This document shows positions 1 to 9,584 of a stretch of DNA of 41,078 nucleotides, piece after piece (positions within the stretch are counted from its first letter, which is position 1; every line of letters starts with the position of its first letter). Below the pieces are notes generated by a model. It did no database searches. It saw only the letters and a program-made list of their open reading frames with translations, and was not told where the DNA came from. The position numbers and the translations under genes are program-made. The stretch spans positions 1 to 41,078 of IMG/VR virus record IMGVR_UViG_2660238683_000009. One strand, 5' to 3'. The stretch is from a virus (lineage: Duplodnaviria > Heunggongvirae > Uroviricota > Caudoviricetes).

Positions 1-1173
1 TCAGGCCTTATGGTGGAAATAATCACTCAGGCGAGAAAACATGCTGCCTTCCCCGACAGATTCCAGGGTAACCAGCGGCCAGTGCGCCACCTGTTTATCA
101 CGGTCGTAAAGTTCAATTTCCCCTACCCGCTGATGGGCGCTAATTGGCGCGGTGAGCTCTTTACCATCAAGGGTATATTTGGCTTTGATATGTGGAATTT
201 CGGCTTTCGGTAGCACCATCCAGAACTCTTGTTCCGTTCCCAGGTCGATATTTTCTTTATCGCCATACCAGATGCGTTCCGTTCCGACCTTTTTCCCACG
301 GTGCAAAATTTGCACCGTAGTAAAGTTTTGTTGCCCCCAACGCAGTAATTTTCTTGCCTCTTCCTCACGACCTTTTGCACTGTCAGCCCCCATTACCACT
401 GCAATGAGACGACGCTGCCCATCTACAGCCGAAGCAATGAGATTAAACCCGGCACCAGAAGTATGACCCGTTTTCAGGCCGTCAACATTCATGGTTTTAT
501 CCCACAACAACCCGTTACGGTTTTGCTGGGTGATACCGTTCCAGGTGAGACTTTTCTCACTGTACATATGATAAAACTCGGGCTCGCCGTGGATGATAGC
601 GCGAGAAAGCACAGCTAAATCATAAGCCGAGCTATGCTGGCCAGGTGCATCCAGACCATGCACTGTTTCAAAATGCGTATCCTTGAGATGCAGCTTCTCG
701 GCATAGTTGTTCATCATTTCAACAAACTGCCGTTGCCCACCGGCAATATAGTCAGCCAGAGCAACACAAGCGTCATTTCCGGAATCCACAATTAAACCAC
801 GGCTTAAATCACGTACCGATACGCGATCGCCCTCTTTCAAAAACATCAGTGAAGAACCGACAAACACCGGATTATCTTTCGCCCACGCATCGCGCCCCAC
901 GGTGACAATATCGTCTGGCGTAATGCGATGACTATCGATAGCGCGATCCACGACATAACCCGTCATCAGCTTTGTCAGGCTGGCGGGATTGCGCTGTTGA
1001 TGCTCATTACCCGCGGTGAGGATCTGACCGGTGGTGTAATCCATCAGTACCCAGGACCCGGCATGAATCTGTGGAGGCTGAGGTGAAAAAGGAATGTTTT
1101 CCGCCGCAAAACCAGACGATAAGTTAAAAATGAACAAAGAAGCAGCAATAATAAGACGGCGTTTCAACAGCAA
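1..1173 (-). CDS. dacD: D-alanyl-D-alanine carboxypeptidase DacD (PBP6b); host chromosomal gene
   Basis: 390-codon ORF with N-terminal signal peptide (MLLKRRLIIAASLF...), SxxK active-site motif (SLTK) and SGN motif; recalled near-identity to enterobacterial DacD. ORF track initiates at TTG; the true start may be 1-2 codons downstream. Confidence 0.85.
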   Translation of the reverse strand: MLLKRRLIIAASLFIFNLSSGFAAENIPFSPQPPQIHAGSWVLMDYTTGQILTAGNEHQQRNPASLTKLMTGYVVDRAIDSHRITPDDIVTVGRDAWAKDNPVFVGSSLMFLKEGDRVSVRDLSRGLIVDSGNDACVALADYIAGGQRQFVEMMNNYAEKLHLKDTHFETVHGLDAPGQHSSAYDLAVLSRAIIHGEPEFYHMYSEKSLTWNGITQQNRNGLLWDKTMNVDGLKTGHTSGAGFNLIASAVDGQRRLIAVVMGADSAKGREEEARKLLRWGQQNFTTVQILHRGKKVGTERIWYGDKENIDLGTEQEFWMVLPKAEIPHIKAKYTLDGKELTAPISAHQRVGEIELYDRDKQVAHWPLVTLESVGEGSMFSRLSDYFHHKA

Positions 1174-1899
1174 ACCCTCAGGAGTTTCAAATAGCTGTTC
1201 TTTTTACGGAAATACTTATGAACTGGCTGGAATAAAGTGCAAGAAAATGTGACTACCCTCTCATTTTTATCTGACATGATCTGTTGTCACTCGCTGTCAA
1301 ATTGTCGCGCTAAAGCTGATTAGCACGGTGATATTTGATACTCTGGCAGACAGCAGAAATAACGGATTTAACCTAATGATGAATGACGGTAAGCAACAAT
1401 CTACCTTTTTGTTTCACGATTACGCGCAATACCCCTGAGAACCGCCATGAACAAGGGTTTCATGATTTGTGATTTTAGTTTGGTACGCAATTTGGTACAC
1501 AACACAATTTTCACTTCAGCGGGTAGTCATCAAACTCACCATAACGAGCATCGTTGATGATGTATGTGATCACCACAAATATCACATCTGGACTAGTTCC
1601 GTCTTCATGCGCAGGTATCTGTTCACGCCTCCCTTTCTGCAAATCCTAAAGATGAGATTTTGGGGTTTTGGGATATCTTTTATCCTCAGTTCTCTATCCA
1701 TTATGCAAACCAGTAATGAACCATCACCGTGTGATAGTGAGGCATCTGCCACGATAAGCGCAGAGAAATGATGCAGTGGTGGGCGGACTGGATTGATGAA
1801 AAGGTGGAGTGATCCACCTTAACCACTATCGAAGAGCACAAAGTCTTGCAATCCAGTGCAAAGCTTTGTGTGTATCAGTTTTGTCCAGTGCTCAGGATA

Positions 1900-2316
1900 T
1901 CAATTGGCCTGCTCCCCCGGAGGCGTAGGCCAGACGGGATTTGATGTATCAACGCGCATCAGCAAGACCCGGTATTTTTTCCATTCAGATAACGCGGCGG
2001 TTTCTTCTGCCGTCGCGATTTCCGCATCAAAAGCATCCTGTCTCCAGACTATTTCCTTATCAGCCATAGAACGCAATACCGTTCTTTTCTGTTCAGCCTG
2101 AATAATCTGTTGTTCAGCGGAGAGTGGCGGGATATCAATCCACGCAGGATTACCATTTTTATCAGCCCCCAGCGTTTTGCCTTGTGGCGCTACGCCTGTG
2201 TAAATTGCCATTGTTTCATCATCAACATCAACGCCATTTTCAGGCCATGAACCGGCGCTGATATATACCCCTTTTAGTGCTTTCGGATAGAAAGAGCCTT
2301 TATAAAATTTATTCAT
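1900..2316 (-). CDS. Tail fiber assembly protein (Tfa/gpU-like)
   Basis: Last gene of tail cluster, directly after tail fiber gene; C-terminal region typical of Tfa chaperones. Start chosen at internal Met (MNKFYKG) to avoid 28-nt overlap; ORF track start is 2346. Confidence 0.55.
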   Translation of the reverse strand: MNKFYKGSFYPKALKGVYISAGSWPENGVDVDDETMAIYTGVAPQGKTLGADKNGNPAWIDIPPLSAEQQIIQAEQKRTVLRSMADKEIVWRQDAFDAEIATAEETAALSEWKKYRVLLMRVDTSNPVWPTPPGEQAN

Positions 2317-2318
2317 TC

Positions 2319-3218
2319 TTAATACCCCAGCGCGATAAAACAACAATCTTCGGTGCCCTCTCCGGATGGCGACCAGTTCTGAATACTGATATGCGTTCTG
2401 CTGGCAATACGCACATTCATCGCGGCATTGTAGCCAGATGTTCCACGGTTTCCGGTCGCAAATAAGCCTGCATAGGGAAAAGCAAATGGTAAGGCATATC
2501 CAGCATCAGCTCCCTTTTGTGTTGCCACCGTTCCCCACTGCAACATAAGTTTCACCGGGTTTCCTGTCGTCGCAATGCATGGAATGTAGATGTAGCCATT
2601 CCCTGACATCATTGACCTGAAGCTGCCTAAATCCAGTAACTTCGAGGCATTATCTGCTCCAACATCTCGTGTTGCAGCGGTCCCTAACTGGAGCGCATTT
2701 CGGAAGGCTGATACATCAGAAATATCAGATCCATTAGCCGATTTCTGCATAGCTCCGGAGGCTTTATTTATCGTTTCTCCCAAACCAAGGTATGTGAGAA
2801 TGTCTGCAATAGTATTTTTCCCGATAATGTCACGGCCTACAGAAGTTAAATCAGTCTGCGCTGCTGTATCATTTCCAGTGAAATACGGGAGTTTATTTGC
2901 ACCGGTTTCGAGCCCAGCCAATGCCGTCAGCGTGGCATCAAGGGCCTGGAAATCCTTCCCAAAAGCGGTTCCCATTTTGGAGATAAACCCGTTCAGGTCA
3001 CCATCATCAAGCACGTCCAGCCCACTTTTGTTGGCTGTGTACTGCGCAAGCGCTGCCGCAATAAAGCTGGCCTGCCGAATAACCTTATTGACTTGCGCAC
3101 TGGATGCTTTCCCTGCTGTAAATCCGGATATAAGCGCAGGCAACGCTTCCCATTCCTCCTGCGACATAACATTGGCATTTCGATCAGTTGCAAACGCTTT
3201 AAAGTCATTTTTCGCCAT
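2319..3218 (-). CDS. Tail fiber protein
   Basis: Gly/Ala/Thr-rich ~300 aa protein between baseplate gene and Tfa; start at Met overlapping upstream stop (TGATG coupling); ORF track start is 3236. Confidence 0.5.
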   Translation of the reverse strand: MAKNDFKAFATDRNANVMSQEEWEALPALISGFTAGKASSAQVNKVIRQASFIAAALAQYTANKSGLDVLDDGDLNGFISKMGTAFGKDFQALDATLTALAGLETGANKLPYFTGNDTAAQTDLTSVGRDIIGKNTIADILTYLGLGETINKASGAMQKSANGSDISDVSAFRNALQLGTAATRDVGADNASKLLDLGSFRSMMSGNGYIYIPCIATTGNPVKLMLQWGTVATQKGADAGYALPFAFPYAGLFATGNRGTSGYNAAMNVRIASRTHISIQNWSPSGEGTEDCCFIALGY

Positions 3219-3898
3219 CAGAGTAATACTCCCCATGCCCCTACATCAAAACCACTGATGAATTCGTTATCCATATCAAAACCAAAAAATTTAGAGCCTT
3301 CCGATGGAGTTTCCACCGAAGGTGTTTCAATGCCACCCGCCCATACCCCGGCGGCTTTTACTGTTAGATACCCCTGTTTAATTGCCGCAATTAACTCACG
3401 CGATACATCTGAAATATCAGTATCAGGAAAGACCCAGACCGATATCGTCATGTCCTGGTTATCGACTATCTGCATTCGCAGCCCGGATCCTGCTGTTGCA
3501 GCGTCAAGAATTGCCGGAAGCGAATCATTCCGTCCGTCCCAGTTATTAATCGCAATCTTCGCTTTAAGGATGACACGATAAGTTTCATCGCTGAGGTACA
3601 TGTATCCGGAATCAGGATCGTATGGCCCCTGCCATACACCCTGATCATATCCAAGCCCGTCGGTATCCCAGCTGAAATAGACACCTGAGATAGGCTGGCT
3701 GACAACACGGCTACGCCCGATCCACAATCCCAGAATGTCAAGTTGCACACCAACGGCAGAGTCAATATCAAATGCAGTAATCAGCCCTCTGGTGGCAGCC
3801 GCAACATCAATAAGCGGCCGGGTCATCAGATCAACATGTGCAAGAAATTTAGGTTTGGTGGCGTGGTAGTTCGTGATTAGTTCGGTGTATTTGCTCAT
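3218..3898 (-). CDS. Baseplate/tail protein, Mu gp48-like (DUF2313/YmfQ-like)
   Basis: 226 aa, position between baseplate J-like gene and tail fiber; 4-nt ATGA overlap with upstream gene; recalled resemblance to e14 YmfQ/Mu gp48. Confidence 0.45.
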   Translation of the reverse strand: MSKYTELITNYHATKPKFLAHVDLMTRPLIDVAAATRGLITAFDIDSAVGVQLDILGLWIGRSRVVSQPISGVYFSWDTDGLGYDQGVWQGPYDPDSGYMYLSDETYRVILKAKIAINNWDGRNDSLPAILDAATAGSGLRMQIVDNQDMTISVWVFPDTDISDVSRELIAAIKQGYLTVKAAGVWAGGIETPSVETPSEGSKFFGFDMDNEFISGFDVGAWGVLL

Positions 3899-5094
3899 GA
3901 CTCCACCGTTATAACGATATTTTCCGGGGTACAGGACGCAGATTCGTTGTATCTGATATCAATGTTTGATGACGACAAAGCCCCCGGGGATTTCCCAATC
4001 GTCAGTTCCTGAATATCGTAATAGCGTGCATTCCCGCCACTCACCACGCCAAGATTCGCCGGTGAGTAAATGCGACTTAAAAGGACCGAATCACCGATCG
4101 TCAGACTATTGATATAGTCGGAAATAGCCTGCTGGATCTGCTGCCCTATCTGTGAGGTATAACCCGTAAAAACTTTTAATTTAATCCGGGCATAAACAGG
4201 CACATCACTGGAACGAGAGAATTTGATTACATGGGGATTGCCGTATTTATCCGGAACCGTAACGGATGTTGTACCGTGAGTGGCTGTCCCCTGGCCTTTA
4301 TTCCCTCTGATAGCCTGAGCAATATCCGTCACATCACCGCCATCCACAATTACAGCAACAGAGTGTGGCGGTAACCCGTTACCGTCCTCCGAACCAGTAT
4401 CGTTTTCATAGAGTTTGTGGCGGGTTACACCGGTAACATTAGAAACGGCACCATCCAGTGCTTCAAATGGGGTTATTGATGGCAACGCAACACTTTGCGA
4501 CTGGCGGATACGTAACTCAGCATCAGTTTCTGCTGGAGTGCCTACAGTAGCTGCAGCAGGATTGGTTACCGAAACCCAGCCACGAGTCGGTGTGTTAATG
4601 GTGGTAATAGTCCCGGCCATCGCCGCAACCGAACCGCTATTCGCACATGTGGCCGTCACCAGCACAGTACCATCAACCCCGATTGCTACACTCGCGGGAA
4701 AATTCCAGATAATGCCGTTTTTATCCCGTGCGGAGCCATTCGTGATAGTCGTGCCCGCCGTACCGGTTAACAGAAGGTCAGCAGTAGAGTTTGTCGCTAC
4801 TTTTCGCGTGATCCCGTTAATTTTCACATTGCTGCTAAGCGCTGCGGCCTGCGCTGTCGTCGGTGAAAACGAGTTGTAGATCTCGATAGCGGTATTGTTA
4901 GCATCATGCACAGCCAGAGCCACCAGCGCGACCATTTGCCCATCTTTGCTGTCTGGTTCGAGGTAGGCATCACTACCGTAAATCTGCCTGAAATAGCTGG
5001 TCAGTGTATCGAGGATTGTCTGGTAATCAGGCGCACTAATCCCCTGGGCGGTTACCGTTGCCGATAGCCCCAGCGTGTCGAGGTTCAAAGCCAT
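3895..5094 (-). CDS. Baseplate J-like protein (Mu gp47-like)
   Basis: 399 aa; size, position and sequence character consistent with baseplate J family. Confidence 0.55.
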   Translation of the reverse strand: MALNLDTLGLSATVTAQGISAPDYQTILDTLTSYFRQIYGSDAYLEPDSKDGQMVALVALAVHDANNTAIEIYNSFSPTTAQAAALSSNVKINGITRKVATNSTADLLLTGTAGTTITNGSARDKNGIIWNFPASVAIGVDGTVLVTATCANSGSVAAMAGTITTINTPTRGWVSVTNPAAATVGTPAETDAELRIRQSQSVALPSITPFEALDGAVSNVTGVTRHKLYENDTGSEDGNGLPPHSVAVIVDGGDVTDIAQAIRGNKGQGTATHGTTSVTVPDKYGNPHVIKFSRSSDVPVYARIKLKVFTGYTSQIGQQIQQAISDYINSLTIGDSVLLSRIYSPANLGVVSGGNARYYDIQELTIGKSPGALSSSNIDIRYNESASCTPENIVITVES

Positions 5095-5448
5095 TTATGC
5101 CTCGCTTGTTACAGTCGTCTGGCCGTAGATTGTGTCAATGGAGGAAGTGAAAGTGACGCGTCGGCTGTTGCCGTCATAATTGGTATCGAAGGAAAGAATC
5201 GACAGAACGCCCGGCGTGTCCTGTATGCGTTCGCGTATAGCCAGGATGTAGACGTCTGATCGCTGTTTCCCAAGCACTGACTGAACATACGGCGTACCTT
5301 CCGTCAGATCGAGAAACCACTGACCGCGCCACAGCTCGAAACGGGTTTTTACGGCCTGGGCGACACACTCCGGACTGTCTATAAGGAAGGTGTCGTCACC
5401 CTGCCCGAAAGTGTAATCACCGTCAGCATCTTCTCGTCGGTATCGCAT
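5095..5448 (-). CDS. Baseplate protein (gp46 / GPW-gp25-like)
   Basis: 117 aa, tightly coupled between V-like and J-like genes. Confidence 0.45.
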   Translation of the reverse strand: MRYRREDADGDYTFGQGDDTFLIDSPECVAQAVKTRFELWRGQWFLDLTEGTPYVQSVLGKQRSDVYILAIRERIQDTPGVLSILSFDTNYDGNSRRVTFTSSIDTIYGQTTVTSEA

Positions 5449-6188
5449 TATTGCGGCCCTCCAGTAGTTCCCCCGCCTGTCTGAACTCCGCCATGTTTAT
5501 GCGTGGCGACACTTATACCTGAAGCTGTCACATCATTCGTTACCGTAACCGGCCCAAGCATCGTCGCAGTACCACCACTTTCTCCCATTCCCTGAGACAG
5601 GTTACCGTTAATCGTTACGTTGCCGTTCAGCGTGATGGTCGGGGATGTGATTGTCGTTCCACCTTCAGCCGTAGCCGTAAGCTGGCCCGGCGTTTTAATG
5701 GTGATGTTATGTCCTGCAGCGACCTCTACGAACGCCGCACCATCATCGGTTCGCAGCTGCGCGGCGCTGGTGCTGATACCACTGATTTTCTGTGCTTGCG
5801 ACTGCGGGCCAACGATGGCGAACGCATCAGATAAGTCATGCTGGCGCGGGTCGACGGTCTCCTGAACGCCGCCGCTCTGCCACCAGAAATCTATGCAACG
5901 GTCGGCAAAGATCAGCAGGCACTCGTCGCCTTCTTTTACCGGAAAGGTCAGCGTGCAACCGCCGCCGCGCGGGAAGATAACCGGCACATCCACCAGCGGT
6001 TTTAATTCGGTGGAGCCATCGCCAACAATACCGCGAAGCGCCACTTCTACTGTGCAGGTTACAGCGTCAGGATCGAACGACTGAATGATGCCAGGCATCG
6101 CCACGCGCATTTGGGTAGACACTGAATCGGCAATGGCCTGCGCGGTCTGCTGCTCACCGCCGATCTGTGATTGAGTTGGAATTGGCAT
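5448..6188 (-). CDS. Baseplate spike/assembly protein V-like (Mu gp45-like)
   Basis: 246 aa; Gly/Thr-rich C-terminus (GGVQTGGGTTGG) typical of spike proteins; position upstream of W/J genes. Confidence 0.5.
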   Translation of the reverse strand: MPIPTQSQIGGEQQTAQAIADSVSTQMRVAMPGIIQSFDPDAVTCTVEVALRGIVGDGSTELKPLVDVPVIFPRGGGCTLTFPVKEGDECLLIFADRCIDFWWQSGGVQETVDPRQHDLSDAFAIVGPQSQAQKISGISTSAAQLRTDDGAAFVEVAAGHNITIKTPGQLTATAEGGTTITSPTITLNGNVTINGNLSQGMGESGGTATMLGPVTVTNDVTASGISVATHKHGGVQTGGGTTGGPQ

Positions 6189-6198
6189 AAAAACCCCA

Positions 6199-6220
6199 TA
6201 AAAAAACCAGCCGAAGCTGG
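6199..6220 (-). terminator. Putative intrinsic terminator (minus-strand hairpin + U7) immediately upstream of baseplate gene V
   Basis: Minus strand reads CCAGCTTCGGCTGG followed by TTTTTTT; sits between the AT-rich insertion and the V gene RBS. Confidence 0.4.
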
Positions 6221-6399
6221 TTTGGTATCAATTACTAAGCTACATCAGTGTGAAGTAAGGCTTTTCCGCTGCAATGGCACACATTCACAAGGTGTATTAG
6301 GATATGTTTGCAACAAGTAAGCATTAAAAATCAATTTCAGCCATGAAGCCGCCATAGAGTGGACCTGCACCATCGCATTCTTGACTACAGGAGTAACAA

Positions 6400-6690
6400 A
6401 TGGGATTTAGATTTCGCAAAAGAATCCGGATTGCGCCCGGACTCGCGATCAACATTAGCAAAAGCGGAGTAAGCACTTCGATTGGTGGTAAAGGTTCCAC
6501 CATTAACATCGGGAAAAAAGGCGTAAAGATGACAAATGGCCTTCCCGGCACTGGGCTGTCGCATACCACTAACCTTTACTCTCCCGGAAAATCGACAGAA
6601 AAAAAACAACTTACTCATAAGCAAAAAATAATTAGAAACATCCTGTTCGTAATTATTTTGTTTATTATAATTAAAGCTCAATATTTTTGA
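6400..6690 (+). CDS. DUF4236-family small membrane protein
   Basis: 96 aa; N-terminus MGFRFRKRIRIAPGLAINISKSGVSTSIGGKG matches the DUF4236 signature as I recall it; C-terminal hydrophobic helix (NILFVIILFIIIKA); AGGAG RBS 7 nt upstream; opposite orientation to the surrounding tail operon. Confidence 0.6.
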   Translation: MGFRFRKRIRIAPGLAINISKSGVSTSIGGKGSTINIGKKGVKMTNGLPGTGLSHTTNLYSPGKSTEKKQLTHKQKIIRNILFVIILFIIIKAQYF

Positions 6691-6695
6691 CGCAT

Positions 6696-6725
6696 GCCCG
6701 CCTATCTGGCGGGCTATTTTACTTT
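6696..6725 (+). terminator. Intrinsic terminator after DUF4236 gene
   Basis: GCCCGCC-TATCT-GGCGGGC hairpin followed by TATTTTACTTTT on plus strand; overlaps 3' end of convergent lipoprotein gene. Confidence 0.5.
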
Positions 6726-7604
6726 TCGGCAGTCGTATGTTGCATACTGTCGCGGCGCATCCATGCTGGCTTGTACCCACTGAGCGTTTAGGATGGCTTT
6801 TCCTTTACGTTTAATGTATTCAATACCAACCCAACGACCGGGCAGACTGGTAGCAACCATCCACTCCATTTTTATATTATCCGGTTCGTTGTTAGTGCTG
6901 CCACCAGCACCGATGGGAGTAATTTTTTGCGTCTCTGGTTTCGCGCCATTAATTCTGGCCCAGCCATCAGCAGAGGAAAGATCTATCCTATACGGTCCAC
7001 AAACTATTATGTAATTGATGCCAAGTTTTTCGTTGCTGCGAGCTTTCCTGCTTTTCTCATAATCTTCCTTCGCAACATCATTCATCTTTTGATAGATAGC
7101 AGGTTGTTTTAAAGAAAACTCATTCAGCTTCTTAATAAAGTTTTCTCGCGGAACCTCTGCAAGCCCCATAGATTTTCTATCAAGGATATAGTCATCATAT
7201 ATCTTTGACACAACAGAAAGTGATGACAGTTTTTTAGCTAAATCATTTGCAAAGTTTAGATAATTAAGTGGTGAGTTGTCTCTTATATCAATAGCTCTAA
7301 CTCCACCTGTACCGTATTCATGATAAGCAGCATAAAAAACAGGTATACTTTCAGGTTTTTTGTTAATCGCTTTAATTAGTCCTTCTGGACCGCAAGACTC
7401 TCCACTCCAGTCAATAAGCGACTTCCCTTTCGATTTCCATGTTTGGCAATCATCAGCTGATAAAATTAAAATTGGCTGCCACCCCGGGCGTTTTTTGTAA
7501 CTAACATTCTTATCAGAATTGAAGCCTGCATTTGCGCATCCAGAAACGAGCAGCACCGACAGGAAAATCACACTGTATCGAAGTCCATTCATGTTCTTAT
7601 ACAC
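6714..7604 (-). CDS. Predicted lipoprotein of unknown function (cargo gene in baseplate operon)
   Basis: 296 aa; signal peptide with lipobox (LLVSGC); AT-rich relative to flanking tail genes; start abuts stop of upstream hub gene. No family recognised. Confidence 0.6.
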   Translation of the reverse strand: MYKNMNGLRYSVIFLSVLLVSGCANAGFNSDKNVSYKKRPGWQPILILSADDCQTWKSKGKSLIDWSGESCGPEGLIKAINKKPESIPVFYAAYHEYGTGGVRAIDIRDNSPLNYLNFANDLAKKLSSLSVVSKIYDDYILDRKSMGLAEVPRENFIKKLNEFSLKQPAIYQKMNDVAKEDYEKSRKARSNEKLGINYIIVCGPYRIDLSSADGWARINGAKPETQKITPIGAGGSTNNEPDNIKMEWMVATSLPGRWVGIEYIKRKGKAILNAQWVQASMDAPRQYATYDCRKVK

Positions 7605-8672
7605 TCAACCTCCTCCTGAACGAGCTATAGTCGCCTGGCTAATCAGATCACGAGCGCCACGCGCAAAGCACATCAAATCCATGTACCACGCCTGACCTCT
7701 GGTGTCACCAGTATAATCGATAGCTTTGACGATATAAACGCCATCCGTCGCAATGCTGGCAGCCTGTGACGTTGTGCCGGTCAGCACACGATTGCCGTTT
7801 TCTTCCGTCTCGGTGATACGCCCGGGCGACTGTGCGATTTCGCTATTGCCGAGCGCGGCGCGGTACACCGAAGCCTGATCGAGCTGGATAAGACCATTAA
7901 TGCGGATGTTCGGGTTTATCAGGCACCGCACGTTTACGCCGCCGCCCATCGTTTGTTGCGGCATACCGATCAGGCCAGTATCTGCATTCAACAAAATGGC
8001 TTCGTGAATATATTTATCATCCGGCACCATCTGGACCTGACCATCCACCAGCTGCCATGTCGCTTTGCACTGCGCAGCAATATTATCCATCACGTTACGG
8101 GTGGATGAGTAAATCGCGCGGCCACGAGGAAACACGGTATCAGGAAAATCACCGGTAATGCCCTGTGTCACGCCGAACGCGTTGAAATCCTGCATCGTCG
8201 CCCGGTGCAGATCCGCAACGGTATAGCCAGCGGCAAGCGTGGTGATGGTGGTCGCATAGAGGAACGCTTCGTGATCACCAATGGCCTGAATCAATACCCA
8301 GGAATCCGTAATGTTGTCCTTCCCGGTGACGGTAAAGCGAATATCACCGTCAAAAATCAGGCCGTAGTTCTGACCATTTACCTGCCCTATCTGGTCTGGT
8401 GAAATCTCACGGGCGACACCAACCTGGCTCGCATCAACATCCTGCGCTATACCGTCATACCCGGCAATGATGCGAATTTTGGCAAACTCCTGCCCAAGGA
8501 TCTTATTCGTGGTATCGGTGGAAAGGTTATAAATTTTCACGTTAGCCACGCGCGGCCAGCGTGTGTCTGCCCACTCGATCTGGAACGTGACCTTAAAATC
8601 TGACAGAGAAACGCCCTGCCCGTTCTGGTCCAACAGCTGCAACTCAAAATGGCGCATCCAGTTAAGAGACAT
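7605..8672 (-). CDS. Baseplate hub / late-control-D-like tail protein
   Basis: 355 aa; position between tape-measure-proximal genes and baseplate spike; size consistent with Mu gp44/P2 gpD class. Confidence 0.4.
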   Translation of the reverse strand: MSLNWMRHFELQLLDQNGQGVSLSDFKVTFQIEWADTRWPRVANVKIYNLSTDTTNKILGQEFAKIRIIAGYDGIAQDVDASQVGVAREISPDQIGQVNGQNYGLIFDGDIRFTVTGKDNITDSWVLIQAIGDHEAFLYATTITTLAAGYTVADLHRATMQDFNAFGVTQGITGDFPDTVFPRGRAIYSSTRNVMDNIAAQCKATWQLVDGQVQMVPDDKYIHEAILLNADTGLIGMPQQTMGGGVNVRCLINPNIRINGLIQLDQASVYRAALGNSEIAQSPGRITETEENGNRVLTGTTSQAASIATDGVYIVKAIDYTGDTRGQAWYMDLMCFARGARDLISQATIARSGGG

Positions 8673-8674
8673 TT

Positions 8675-8980
8675 CTACTCCTGAACGAAAATGAGGTGGC
8701 TGTATGTGCCGAGATTGGTTTTGGTGGGCTCGTCCGGTGCGCCCTTATCGGTCGCCACCACCAGCGCGCCATCAATGCCAAGCTGTGGATATTGTCGTAA
8801 AAGGTTTACGCCGGTCAGTAGAGGTACGCCAGAGAGAAGCGCAGCACCGCCGCTATCCATCACGTCCATAATCCAGCCAGCCGCATCACGCCAGATAATC
8901 CTGAGCGTATACGTGGTATTGCCCAGCAATACGCGGAACTGCTGATTGTCAGGAGAAAGCGGTATTTCGTTAAACTGCAT
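8675..8980 (-). CDS. Tail protein, hypothetical
   Basis: 101-aa ORF tightly packed in tail operon. Confidence 0.3.
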   Translation of the reverse strand: MQFNEIPLSPDNQQFRVLLGNTTYTLRIIWRDAAGWIMDVMDSGGAALLSGVPLLTGVNLLRQYPQLGIDGALVVATDKGAPDEPTKTNLGTYSHLIFVQE

Positions 8981-8981
8981 A

Positions 8982-9584
8982 TCATCCCCCTAATGCTGAT
9001 GTAACGCTTCCGCCCAGCTGGCTCAGCAAGGATTCGTTTGGCGGTGTAGTGGATTTCGTCCCGGAATTTTGCACCGCCGATGTGCTGACGCCATCCTGCA
9101 TATCTGATTTATCAGCAACGCTAACGCTCTGCGTTTGCGACATGATTACTTCACGCAGGGTAAGCGTGCAGTTCAGTACGTTCTCGCTGGTTTTATCGGT
9201 CGTCACCTCAATGGCACGCACCAGCATATTGGTGTACACCCTCTTCCCGGTAATCACATCGAACGGCACGCGCTCAAGCTGCATATCCAGCAGCTTTTGG
9301 TATGTCTCCTTTGGGCTAAGTCTGGCGCTGAGGCCGATTGACGATGTATCAATGAAGTCCAGCAACGAACCGCCACCTGCGAAGCCGCATTCCATCGTGA
9401 CTTCGCTGGGGCGCTTATACGCATGATCGGCGATGAAACCCGACGCGCTATTCGTTGTTGGCTTCTCCACCGGGTGCTCAGTAATTTCGAGCGCATCAGA
9501 ATGCTTTTCAGAAACAACTACGCTGGGGATTAATATGCCAATTCGCCGGGATTGCTGGCGAAAAATAGCTGATAAAATATCCAT
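8982..9584 (-). CDS. Tail protein, hypothetical (immediately downstream of tape measure)
   Basis: 200-aa ORF; start overlaps tape measure stop region. Confidence 0.3.
   Translation of the reverse strand: MDILSAIFRQQSRRIGILIPSVVVSEKHSDALEITEHPVEKPTTNSASGFIADHAYKRPSEVTMECGFAGGGSLLDFIDTSSIGLSARLSPKETYQKLLDMQLERVPFDVITGKRVYTNMLVRAIEVTTDKTSENVLNCTLTLREVIMSQTQSVSVADKSDMQDGVSTSAVQNSGTKSTTPPNESLLSQLGGSVTSALGG

Noticed and set aside
1469-1771. 100-aa plus-strand ORF in the dacD-prophage junction
   Set aside because: No RBS, odd composition (Trp/Tyr/Phe-rich N-terminus) and no recognisable similarity; likely non-coding junction sequence.
6385-6780. Minus-strand 131-aa and 81-aa ORFs in the baseplate insertion
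   Set aside because: They overlap the plus-strand DUF4236 gene, which has a recognisable family signature, RBS and terminator; the minus-strand translations look like noise.
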